Below, one piece after another: positions 19,749 to 27,312 of a stretch of 33,090 nucleotides of DNA. The notes under the pieces were generated by a model. It was not told the origin of the DNA. It was given only the letters and a program-made list of their open reading frames with translations, and did no database searches. The DNA is from Planctomycetota bacterium (GTDB lineage Bacteria; Planctomycetota; Phycisphaerae; WQYP01). Location of the stretch: contig JAMDCX010000100.1 of assembly GCA_023489375.1 (NCBI GenBank), forward strand, positions 773-33,862. Reading direction: 5' to 3'. Within the stretch, counting starts at the first letter, position 1, and each line of letters begins with the position of its first letter. Made by a program: the position numbers and the translations under genes.

Positions 19749-21866
19749 TCAGGCATGAATCAATAAGGGAATATCCCGCGGCAGCTGATCGGCTACGGCG
19801 GTGAGGGTATCCCCGTGCAAAGCCCGCAGCATGGCACCCCGCCGCGATACGCCCATGAGCAGTGCATTGACGCTGTAGGTTGCCGCGAAATCCAGTATCG
19901 TGTAGGCCACATCAGGAGAAACGGCATAAATCGGCACCAACGGTACTCCCTCTTTGCCGCAAACTTCCTGTGCCCTGCGGAACGTGGCAATGGCTTCATG
20001 GTCTTCCTCCAGAGTTGGCCCCTGGCTGTCGGCGGCAAAGGCCAGATTCAACTGTCGCACAAAAATAACAAAAAGGATGGCGCCAGTTTGTTTGGCATAT
20101 TGGGCGGCGAAGTCCAACAGCCGTGGCGAACCACGGGTCGCCACGAGCACTTTGGGCATGGACATTTCCAATTCTCTCGCCGGCGTGCCGAACGCCAATT
20201 GTTCCGGAGCTTCTTCCCGGACCGGAGTCGGGGTGACCGTGGCGCGTAACGCAACGGTCAGCTGTCGTAACTGGTATATCGCCGCTACGGCCAGTGCCAG
20301 AAAAAAAGCGGCCCCGGCGAACAGCCAACCGCCGTAAACAGGATGATGCCTTAAAAACATGAAGCCCAGTTTTAGCAGTCCCAGCGCCATGACCGCCCCG
20401 GCGGCGCTGCTGGCAGCCAGAACTCGGACCCGTGTTTTCACACTTAAGACAGGATATTGTTTGGTGTAGAACCGGGCCAGCAATCCAGCGGCCAAAACAC
20501 TTAAGGCAAATATCAGGGCTTCATGCTTTTCAAGCGCCAGCGTCAACTCAATGCCGGCCATAATCAGACCGACGGCAGCCAGAAAAATCCGCTCCCAATG
20601 CTGGACTTTAAGTTCCCGGTTCAGCGCAGCGCTGGACAGATTAATGGTAATGGCTCCGACCACGCCGATGGCATACAAATCTCCCAGTGTGCTTAAATCA
20701 TGGAAAATGCTCAAGATCAATACCGGTACTATTACCGCCGGTACCAGAGCCAGCCAGGGCACTCCGAACATATTGAGTTTGGCCAAAAACCGCGGTAACT
20801 CGCTGTCCCGCGACATGGTGTACTGGATGCTCATCATGGCGCCAATGGCGGTATTGACCGCGGAAATCAGCAACACGCCGAAAACAATACCACAAATCCA
20901 ACCAAACGTGCGGCCGACAAAATCGCTGGCCATAACACGCAAAACCTCATTTTGTATCTCATTTTCACGTTTGTAATTGGTATCCATCCTGTGGATCTGC
21001 GCGATCAAAAGGGGATGGCTTTTCCAATCCTGATGCTGCTGCTTGAATTCACGCACCTGATGATGCAGGATTACCGCCGGTGTTGTAAATCGCTCTTGGG
21101 GTTGACTGGCTTTTGGACTTAATGCGCACATACCCACCGCCAGTATGGCGTTAAATACGACCACTTCCATCAAGACCGGTAAAATCGTCTTGCGGGCCGT
21201 GGTCTTGACGGGGCGTACCATGACCCCGGTCATGTTGGCCACCGCTTCCACACCCGATAGCGCCAGCACGACATTGACAAATGCGAACCAGTGATTTCCC
21301 AGATTTCCGCTAAGCTGTCCGTGGGCCATAATTCGGTGCCATCCGACAGCCAGATGGGGCACACTGAACGCGGCAATAATTAAAGTCAGCACGAATGTGG
21401 CCAGTGCCGCAATCAGTGCCAGAACACCCACTTTGCGCAGACCGAAGTAATTCAGAATACCGATAATGATAATGGCCCCAATGCCGCACATGGGCACCAA
21501 TGGACCATCATTGGGCACGCCGATGTATTGCATGCCGTCATAAGCGGACATGGCCGCCGTGACGATAAAATCGGCGCACAACAAAAGCGCCCCGATAACC
21601 GCCAGTTGTCGGCTCAGGTGTTTGGCTGAGGAGTACACCCCGCCCCCATCCGGAAAGCACCGGCAAATAATGGTATAGGCCCAGCCCACCAGCGCCACCA
21701 GTACACCAACCGCCAGGACATACCAGAAACTCTCATAGAGCGAATAGAAGAACGCTAATCCGAGTACATAAAAGCGGCTCGTGCCCCAGTCGCCATACAA
21801 AATACCGGAAGCGTGGTACCACTTGAGTTCACGCGGACGTTCGTTATGTCGAACGGAATGATCCAT
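19749..21866 (-). CDS. APC-family (amino acid/polyamine-type) permease fused to a C-terminal universal stress protein (UspA) domain
   Basis: 705 aa. A polytopic membrane domain of ~12 or more helices is followed by a soluble tail, KVLVATRGSPRLLDFAAQYAKQTGAILFVIFVRQ...LLMGVSRRG, typical of Usp domains. Confidence 0.75.
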   Translation of the reverse strand: MDHSVRHNERPRELKWYHASGILYGDWGTSRFYVLGLAFFYSLYESFWYVLAVGVLVALVGWAYTIICRCFPDGGGVYSSAKHLSRQLAVIGALLLCADFIVTAAMSAYDGMQYIGVPNDGPLVPMCGIGAIIIIGILNYFGLRKVGVLALIAALATFVLTLIIAAFSVPHLAVGWHRIMAHGQLSGNLGNHWFAFVNVVLALSGVEAVANMTGVMVRPVKTTARKTILPVLMEVVVFNAILAVGMCALSPKASQPQERFTTPAVILHHQVREFKQQHQDWKSHPLLIAQIHRMDTNYKRENEIQNEVLRVMASDFVGRTFGWICGIVFGVLLISAVNTAIGAMMSIQYTMSRDSELPRFLAKLNMFGVPWLALVPAVIVPVLILSIFHDLSTLGDLYAIGVVGAITINLSSAALNRELKVQHWERIFLAAVGLIMAGIELTLALEKHEALIFALSVLAAGLLARFYTKQYPVLSVKTRVRVLAASSAAGAVMALGLLKLGFMFLRHHPVYGGWLFAGAAFFLALAVAAIYQLRQLTVALRATVTPTPVREEAPEQLAFGTPARELEMSMPKVLVATRGSPRLLDFAAQYAKQTGAILFVIFVRQLNLAFAADSQGPTLEEDHEAIATFRRAQEVCGKEGVPLVPIYAVSPDVAYTILDFAATYSVNALLMGVSRRGAMLRALHGDTLTAVADQLPRDIPLLIHA

Positions 21867-22064
21867 GCTGCTCCGACTTACAATTCACCCCTCACCAGAC
21901 GGTTTTCCACCGCCATACAGCGGCAGTGAAGAGAGTTAAAAAATGATGGTATACTGTTCATGGCCCCCGTCAAGCCCATGGGAGGGTTGCGGCCCACGCG
22001 TTAACTTTTCTTTTCTTCGGCAGAGAGATATAATAAATGTTGGTTATTAAGGAGTACTAACATA

Positions 22065-22394
22065 ATGGCTATTGAATTAACAGAAACGGCGGCCAAGGAA
22101 ATTAAGAATATCATCAAAGAGCAGGGATTATCAGCAAATACGGCCTTGCGGGTCGGTGTTAAAGGTGGCGGTTGTTCCGGGTTCAGTTATGTCCTGGATT
22201 TGACGGAAGATACATCCGACACGGATGAAGTCATGGAGTCGCAGGGCATTAAGGTACTGTCGGATCGAAAAAGCTATCTGTATCTCAACGGCACGGAAAT
22301 CGACTTCAAAAACGAGGTCATGGGGCGTGGATTTGTATTTAAAAATCCCAATGCCACTCATACCTGTGGTTGCGGGTCGTCTTTCAGCGCCTGA
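22065..22394 (+). CDS. Iron-sulfur cluster insertion / A-type carrier protein (IscA/ErpA/HesB family)
   Basis: 109 aa. LRVGVKGGGCSGFSY and the C-terminal CGCGSSFSA supply the three conserved Cys residues of A-type carriers. Confidence 0.9.
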   Translation: MAIELTETAAKEIKNIIKEQGLSANTALRVGVKGGGCSGFSYVLDLTEDTSDTDEVMESQGIKVLSDRKSYLYLNGTEIDFKNEVMGRGFVFKNPNATHTCGCGSSFSA

Positions 22395-22444
22395 TGCCAC
22401 TGACATCGCCGTTGGGATACCGTGTATAGAACAATAAGAGGCTT

Positions 22445-22456
22445 GTAACCGTTCAC
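22445..22456 (+). repeat. Intergenic motif copy (GTAACCGTTCACag)
   Basis: 12/12 match to the core. It lies 50 nt after the stop of the IscA-type gene. Confidence 0.8.
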
Positions 22457-22715
22457 AGTCTGACCACCTTGTGAACCACTGTTGAACCGCAAATGGGAAC
22501 AGGTTACGGGGGACAGGTTACAGGTTATAGCACCGTTGTTGTTCATTAATCTTTGATCATTGTTGTTCACAACAGAGGAATCAGAGATAACTGCCCCCAG
22601 TAATTCTGTAACCTATAATCTGTAACCTCCGTTATATCGTCGTGTCGTTGTGGTGGTGAAATAATTTTGTTTATATTCATTATTTAATTGCCTTATGATT
22701 TTTCACAATATGACC

Positions 22716-22730
22716 CCGTGAACGGTTACC
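22716..22730 (-). repeat. Intergenic motif copy, reverse orientation (CCGTGAACGGTTACCattttt)
   Basis: 14/14 match to consensus plus the A/T flank. It faces the copy at 22445. Confidence 0.85.
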
Positions 22731-22907
22731 ATTTTTAACCGCAGATTCGCTTATACCATCCGGATAAGCGTGGCGCAAATTCGCGGCGGCACTCTGCCGC
22801 CGGATAAATGCAAATTTCAAACTACCGCATTCTCGTCCTGTCCCCTGTACCATACAACCTGCAACCTTTATCGCCCACCGACTCGCATTTTCCCCGTCTC
22901 CTGTCTC

Positions 22908-22935
22908 CTAAATGCTAAATACTAAATACTAAATG
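22908..22935. repeat. Tandem heptamer CTAAATR x4
   Basis: ctaaatg ctaaata ctaaata ctaaatg, read directly from the sequence. Confidence 0.9.
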
Positions 22936-22944
22936 TATTCCTGC

Positions 22945-22965
22945 ATTCTACTCATTACTCATTAT
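22945..22965. repeat. Heptamer array attctac tcattac tcattat
   Basis: 19 of 21 positions match 25241-25261. In both loci a reverse-orientation motif copy follows within 20-35 nt. Confidence 0.85.
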
Positions 22966-22996
22966 CCACTTATATTTTAATTTATCGCGATATAAA

Positions 22997-23012
22997 CCTG
23001 TGAACTCTTACC
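22997..23012 (-). repeat. Degenerate motif copy (CCtGTGAACtcTTACC)
   Basis: 13 of 16 positions match the copy at 22716-22730 plus the preceding C at 22715. It lies 82 nt upstream of the ruvA ATG. Confidence 0.4.
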
Positions 23013-23036
23013 GATCCCCATGGCTCCGAGTATACT
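23008..23036 (+). promoter_or_regulatory. Candidate sigma70-like promoter for ruvA (TTACCG - 17 nt - TATACT)
   Basis: The hexamers lie at 23008-23013 and 23031-23036. The -35 overlaps the degenerate motif copy. Prediction by eye only. Confidence 0.25.
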
Positions 23037-23093
23037 ATCTTCGTTGGCTCGCGGTGTTGGTTTTGCTGGAAACTCGAACAGGTTGCATACACA

Positions 23094-23714
23094 ATGATTG
23101 CCAGGATTCAGGGGCGTATTGATGCGGTAAGCGAAACGGCGGCGATTATCACCGTTGGTGATATCAGCTATGAGATTCTTACGCCCGCCGTGGATATTCC
23201 CCACCTGCAGCGGCATATCGGGCAGAGAATTACCTTTGTCACCCTGCATTACATGGAGGGCAATGCCTCCTTCGGCCAGCTTACTCCCCGGCTTATTGGT
23301 TTTATCCGCCAGCAGGATAAAGATTTCTTTGAACAGTTTATCACGGTTAAAGGTATCGGCCCGCGCCGGGCGTTAAGAGCACTGACACAAAGCGTGGACT
23401 GTATCGCGGCGGCCATTAATCAGAAGGATTCGCGTTTTCTCACCAGTCTGCCGGAAATCGGTAAACGCACCGCGGAACAGATTATCGCGGAACTTTCCGG
23501 CAAGGTGGATCGGTTTGCCGGTACCGTCGGTGGCGTTACCGCCCCGGCTGCCCGCAGCGATCAGCAGATTGCGGCCATTGAAGCCATGATCGCCTTGGGT
23601 GAGCGCGTCGCCGAAGCTGAAAATTGGGTGGATCGCGCCTGCCGGGCGGATCCGACGCTGACGACTTCCGCCAGCATTATGAAAGCGGCGTATAAATTAA
23701 AGGCGGGTGGATGA
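23094..23714 (+). CDS. ruvA: Holliday junction branch-migration complex subunit RuvA
   Basis: The N-terminus MIARIQGRI... resembles the OB-fold start of RuvA. The two helix-hairpin-helix motifs are FITVKGIGPRRALRAL and LPEIGKRTAEQIIAEL. ruvB lies downstream. Confidence 0.9.
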   Translation: MIARIQGRIDAVSETAAIITVGDISYEILTPAVDIPHLQRHIGQRITFVTLHYMEGNASFGQLTPRLIGFIRQQDKDFFEQFITVKGIGPRRALRALTQSVDCIAAAINQKDSRFLTSLPEIGKRTAEQIIAELSGKVDRFAGTVGGVTAPAARSDQQIAAIEAMIALGERVAEAENWVDRACRADPTLTTSASIMKAAYKLKAGG

Positions 23715-23909
23715 TGAGAAAAATTCAAACCGTTTGTCTTGACCAGCTGAATGACGCTGGACGGGTCAACACCGCTTCCCTTTGGACGAGGCCGTATTTT
23801 TGCTTTACCGCCGGCATACGATCTCAACTCCGTCCGGCAGAATGTGTGGCGATAAAACGCCCCTGCGCGCCGGGAATAATACCAGCATTGGATACCAGGG
23901 AACCAGACC

Positions 23910-24956
23910 ATGGCACGTGAGCGGATTATCACAGCCCAGAGCCTTCCCGAAGATCAGGCCGCAACGCCTGATCAACCCACGTTGCGCCCCAGAACGCTCA
24001 ATGATTATATTGGCCAGCGCGAACTTATTGAAAAGTTGCGCATCAGTATTGCCGCCGCCCGTCAGCGCGGCGAAGCCATGGAGCATGTACTGCTCCATGG
24101 CCCGCCGGGCCTGGGAAAAACGACGCTGGCATACATTATCGCGTCGGAACTCAACGGCACAGTTCCGAAAATAACCAGCGGCCCGGCCTTGGCCCGCCCG
24201 ACTGAACTGGTCAGCATGTTAACGAATATGCAACGCGGAGAAGTACTGTTTATAGATGAAATTCACCGCATTCCCACCGCCGTGGAAGAATATCTGTATC
24301 CCGCCATGGAAGATTTCTGCATTGACGTAGTGATGGGCACCGGCACGCACGCGAATTCCCTGCACATGGAAATTCAGCCTTTTACGCTCATCGGAGCCAC
24401 CACGCGGGCAGGCTTGCTGTCCGGGCCGATGCGTTCCCGTTTTGGCATTGTGCATCATCTGGCGTATTACGATCTGCCTGATCTTTTGAGTATCGCCACA
24501 CGCTCCGCCGGGGTATTGAACCTGCCAGCCCGGAAGGAAGCGTTGGAACTTCTGGCTCGGCGGGCGCGCGGCACTCCGCGCGTGGCCAATCGGCTTTTAA
24601 GGCGCGTGCGCGATTTTGCCCTGGTAAGGGGGGAAGGCCAATTGACGCCGGAAATTGCCGTTGCGGCGTTGCAACTTGAAGGCATTGATGAGCAGGGTCT
24701 CGATGCGCTGGATCGCCGGTTTATGCAGGTTTTAGCCCGTGATTATGAAGGCGGACCCGCCGGCATCGAGGCTCTGGCCGCCACCATGGGCGAGGAATCC
24801 GACACCCTCGAAGATGTTATTGAACCCTTCCTGCTGCAAATTGGTTTTATCCGCCGGACCCCAAAAGGCCGACAGCTTACCACGGCCGGTTATGGCCATC
24901 TGAAACTCACACCACCCGCCCGCCCGGCCATCGCTGACGATGGTTTATTTCAATAA
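23910..24956 (+). CDS. ruvB: Holliday junction ATP-dependent DNA helicase RuvB
   Basis: LRPRTLNDYIGQRELIEKL, Walker A GPPGLGKTTLA, Walker B VLFIDEIHR, sensor GATTRAGLLSGPMRSRFG, and a C-terminal winged helix. Confidence 0.95.
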   Translation: MARERIITAQSLPEDQAATPDQPTLRPRTLNDYIGQRELIEKLRISIAAARQRGEAMEHVLLHGPPGLGKTTLAYIIASELNGTVPKITSGPALARPTELVSMLTNMQRGEVLFIDEIHRIPTAVEEYLYPAMEDFCIDVVMGTGTHANSLHMEIQPFTLIGATTRAGLLSGPMRSRFGIVHHLAYYDLPDLLSIATRSAGVLNLPARKEALELLARRARGTPRVANRLLRRVRDFALVRGEGQLTPEIAVAALQLEGIDEQGLDALDRRFMQVLARDYEGGPAGIEALAATMGEESDTLEDVIEPFLLQIGFIRRTPKGRQLTTAGYGHLKLTPPARPAIADDGLFQ

Positions 24957-24977
24957 AATGTACCTTCTCGGCATGCC

Positions 24978-25035
24978 ATCTACCTTGCCGCGGTTGACCG
25001 CATCCGAGCACTGCACCCCCGCGGGCAAGGTAGAT
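24978..25035. repeat. Inverted repeat ATCTACCTTGCC(G)CGG ... CCGCGGGCAAGGTAGAT downstream of ruvB
   Basis: 12 perfect bp plus 4 more across a 1-nt bulge, with a ~25-nt loop. The left arm context (GGCATGCCATCTACCTTGCC) resembles the left arm of the 25156 repeat. No T-run follows. Confidence 0.7.
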
Positions 25036-25070
25036 ACGCTATCACAACGTATATCTAAGATTTGAAATTT

Positions 25071-25085
25071 GGTAATCGTTCACGG
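25071..25085 (+). repeat. Intergenic motif copy (gaaatttGGTAATCGTTCACGG)
   Basis: 13/14 match to consensus plus the flank. It lies 115 nt after the ruvB stop. Confidence 0.85.
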
Positions 25086-25155
25086 ACACACGGCTTAGCC
25101 AAACGGGTTATGGTTGTTGTTGCGTGGTTATGTAGGATAAATACAGGAGTTCCGT

Positions 25156-25237
25156 GGCATGGGCATCTTGCCAATGAACAGTGCGTTCCGGTTGCCTGAT
25201 AACATGGCCATAGCGTCACGGGCAAGATGCCCATGCC
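25156..25237. repeat. Perfect 17-bp inverted repeat (GGCATGGGCATCTTGCC ... GGCAAGATGCCCATGCC) with a 48-nt spacer
   Basis: Arms at 25156-25172 and 25221-25237 are exact reverse complements. Confidence 0.9.
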
Positions 25238-25240
25238 ATA

Positions 25241-25268
25241 ATATTACTCATTACTCATTATTCATTGA
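25241..25268. repeat. Heptamer array atattac tcattac tcattat tcattga
   Basis: Four tandem 7-mers. This is the partner of 22945-22965. Confidence 0.85.
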
Positions 25269-25283
25269 ACGCCGTGGCCATGT

Positions 25284-25297
25284 CGTGAACAATTACC
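25284..25297 (-). repeat. Intergenic motif copy, reverse orientation (CGTGAACAATTACCtatttttt)
   Basis: 11/14 match to consensus plus the flank. It abuts the stop codon of the DUF4340-like gene and faces the copy at 25071. Confidence 0.6.
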
Positions 25298-27249
25298 TAT
25301 TTTTTAAGCAGTGTTTGGACTGCTGATACCAGGCTGTCATGGGGCTGGAAACTCCAAACGGGAAGCCCTCTGGCAACTCCAGTTTCCGAGAGTTCAGCAC
25401 GCCATTGAAATGTGGGTGCCGGAGCCGAGGTTTTCCCCTTGACCGTTGAGCGTGGCGATTTTGGCAATGTGATCCGCCAGAGCGTTAATACATCATGCTT
25501 CCAGATATAGTTCATTTTGGAGGGTGTTGAAGGCTTTTTCTTATTCGCCGGCGTGGCGGTCGGAAGCGCCGGCTTGACCGCATGCCGCAGTGCAAGATCA
25601 ACTATAATGGGTGGAACGGAGGAAACCGATCGCATATTGATAAACCATTTTTTGGCCCGCAGTGGTCTCCATGCGGACAGGAGGTTATTCACCGCGCCGG
25701 CGGGAGCGGGTGTTGACCCCCGTAACCATCGGCCTTTGACCTTATGGATTGTAACTGTGGTTCCCGCCCGGCGGATCGTAATACGGCGAGGGTTCGCTGC
25801 GGCAAGATCAGTCACTTTTTTACCGCGCAAGCTGGTAAGTTGAGGCAGCAGTGGTTTGATGGCCACCGGACTGACCATATAAATACTTGGCCAAGGCGAT
25901 ACTTTTACCGGAATCAATCCCGAATGTTGTACCGCGCCAAAGGTCAAGGTGATGGGATGAACATGGTCGGGTATGGTAATTTCCCAAGTCGCGGATGGAC
26001 TGGTCAAACCCAAAGCGACCATATTCGTGGGTTTATCAAGGAACCTTTTGGCCGTTACTGTATGCACGTCTGCAAGTAATTTGGTTACCGCCCCGGTACC
26101 GGCCGGAACGTTGCGGTTGGCGGCCTCTAATATCTGCCATTGGCCGTGCGTCCTGGCCAGGGTCAGGGTGGCTGGAGTATTGCCGGTAATACCATTTCTG
26201 CGGGTAATGACGATATGTGAAGCCTTGCTGACATCGGCCGCGAGCAGATGGTAATCGCGCAGCGCGGCGAAGGATTCATAAAGTTGCTGGAAAGAGGTGT
26301 TTCGCACCACGCACACGCCGGGATTATAACTGCTTTGGGTATAGAGAAATTTTCCCGTCAGATCCGTCTTAATGCCAAATTGAATTACCAGCGGCGCCGG
26401 AGCGGGCGGAGTTTTAACTGGAGCGGTTTTATTTTTATTCGGTGTGGCCACAAGAGGATGCGGCGCCTTGAAATCCACCGTGATGGTAAGTGGACCATGA
26501 GTCAGTCCGGCGCGGGCGGCGGGAATATTGGCGAAGCGGTGCGCGGTGAGCAATTGCAGATTACTGATCCAGGTAGTGACCTTGGACTTGTCCACCGGCG
26601 CCGGCAGCGGCTGGTTGAAAGCCCAGGTTTTTCCATGCGGTACCAGGCGCATGGTTCCGGAGTCCGTACGGAGGGTGATGGCGGCGATATTCCGCGTGTG
26701 GAAGGAAGTCAGTGAGCGGTTCCGGAATTTTCGTACCGGGCGCTCCAGGCGACGCAGCCAATCCGCTTTCACAATATCGATATATGGATCATGTACCCCC
26801 GCCAGATGGACATACAACCGCCCGGTGGCATTGAGCGAACCGATATTCAAGGTAAAGGTTTTCCCCGCCTGATTGACCACCGTGAGAACAGCCTTTGGTT
26901 TTTCCAGACCGGTGTGTGCCAGAGTATGATGTCCGCGGGATGCTATTCTGGCGCGATAACGCCACTGCAAATCAGCCAGCGTGCCTGCCAGATCGCCAAT
27001 GGCATAATCCCGGCCCCGGGCTTTTATTGGGCTGACAATAAACCAGTGTGTACCGACGCGCTTAAACGCCAGCTGAGGCCCATGGGCTGATTTAAATGAA
27101 AAACGATCCAGGGCCGTGGGATGAGGGAGAAATACATAATGATGTTTTGCCGGTGATGTGGACGCATGAGGCTGGCGGTTCACATAGGCCACCACCCCCA
27201 CCAGAACAATCAGAACGAGAAGTACCGCTATGGTCAATCGCAAATTCAT
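25297..27249 (-). CDS. DUF4340-like signal-anchored protein, the terminal gene of the ABC/GldG-like cluster
   Basis: 650 aa. The N-terminal anchor reads MNLRLTIAVLLVLIVLVGVVAYV. Its position directly after a GldG-like gene is the usual context of DUF4340 proteins. No enzymatic motif was recognised. Confidence 0.6.
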   Translation of the reverse strand: MNLRLTIAVLLVLIVLVGVVAYVNRQPHASTSPAKHHYVFLPHPTALDRFSFKSAHGPQLAFKRVGTHWFIVSPIKARGRDYAIGDLAGTLADLQWRYRARIASRGHHTLAHTGLEKPKAVLTVVNQAGKTFTLNIGSLNATGRLYVHLAGVHDPYIDIVKADWLRRLERPVRKFRNRSLTSFHTRNIAAITLRTDSGTMRLVPHGKTWAFNQPLPAPVDKSKVTTWISNLQLLTAHRFANIPAARAGLTHGPLTITVDFKAPHPLVATPNKNKTAPVKTPPAPAPLVIQFGIKTDLTGKFLYTQSSYNPGVCVVRNTSFQQLYESFAALRDYHLLAADVSKASHIVITRRNGITGNTPATLTLARTHGQWQILEAANRNVPAGTGAVTKLLADVHTVTAKRFLDKPTNMVALGLTSPSATWEITIPDHVHPITLTFGAVQHSGLIPVKVSPWPSIYMVSPVAIKPLLPQLTSLRGKKVTDLAAANPRRITIRRAGTTVTIHKVKGRWLRGSTPAPAGAVNNLLSAWRPLRAKKWFINMRSVSSVPPIIVDLALRHAVKPALPTATPANKKKPSTPSKMNYIWKHDVLTLWRITLPKSPRSTVKGKTSAPAPTFQWRAELSETGVARGLPVWSFQPHDSLVSAVQTLLKK

Positions 27250-27312
27250 GGTGCCGAATCCTTCAGAATCTTGAATGGTAATGACGGTTCGACCGTCTCG
27301 TTTATACTAGAT

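Noticed and set aside
22908-22965. Possible CRISPR array or other spaced repeat array
   Set aside because: There are only contiguous 7-nt tandem repeats. No 25-40 nt direct repeats separated by unique spacers occur anywhere in the window, and no cas genes are present.
22962-22969. DnaA-box-like TTATCCAC next to an AT-rich stretch, raising the possibility that the 699-bp spacer is oriC
   Set aside because: It is a single 8/9 box. I found no cluster of TTATCCACA/TGTGGATAA boxes, and no dnaA, dnaN or gidA context.
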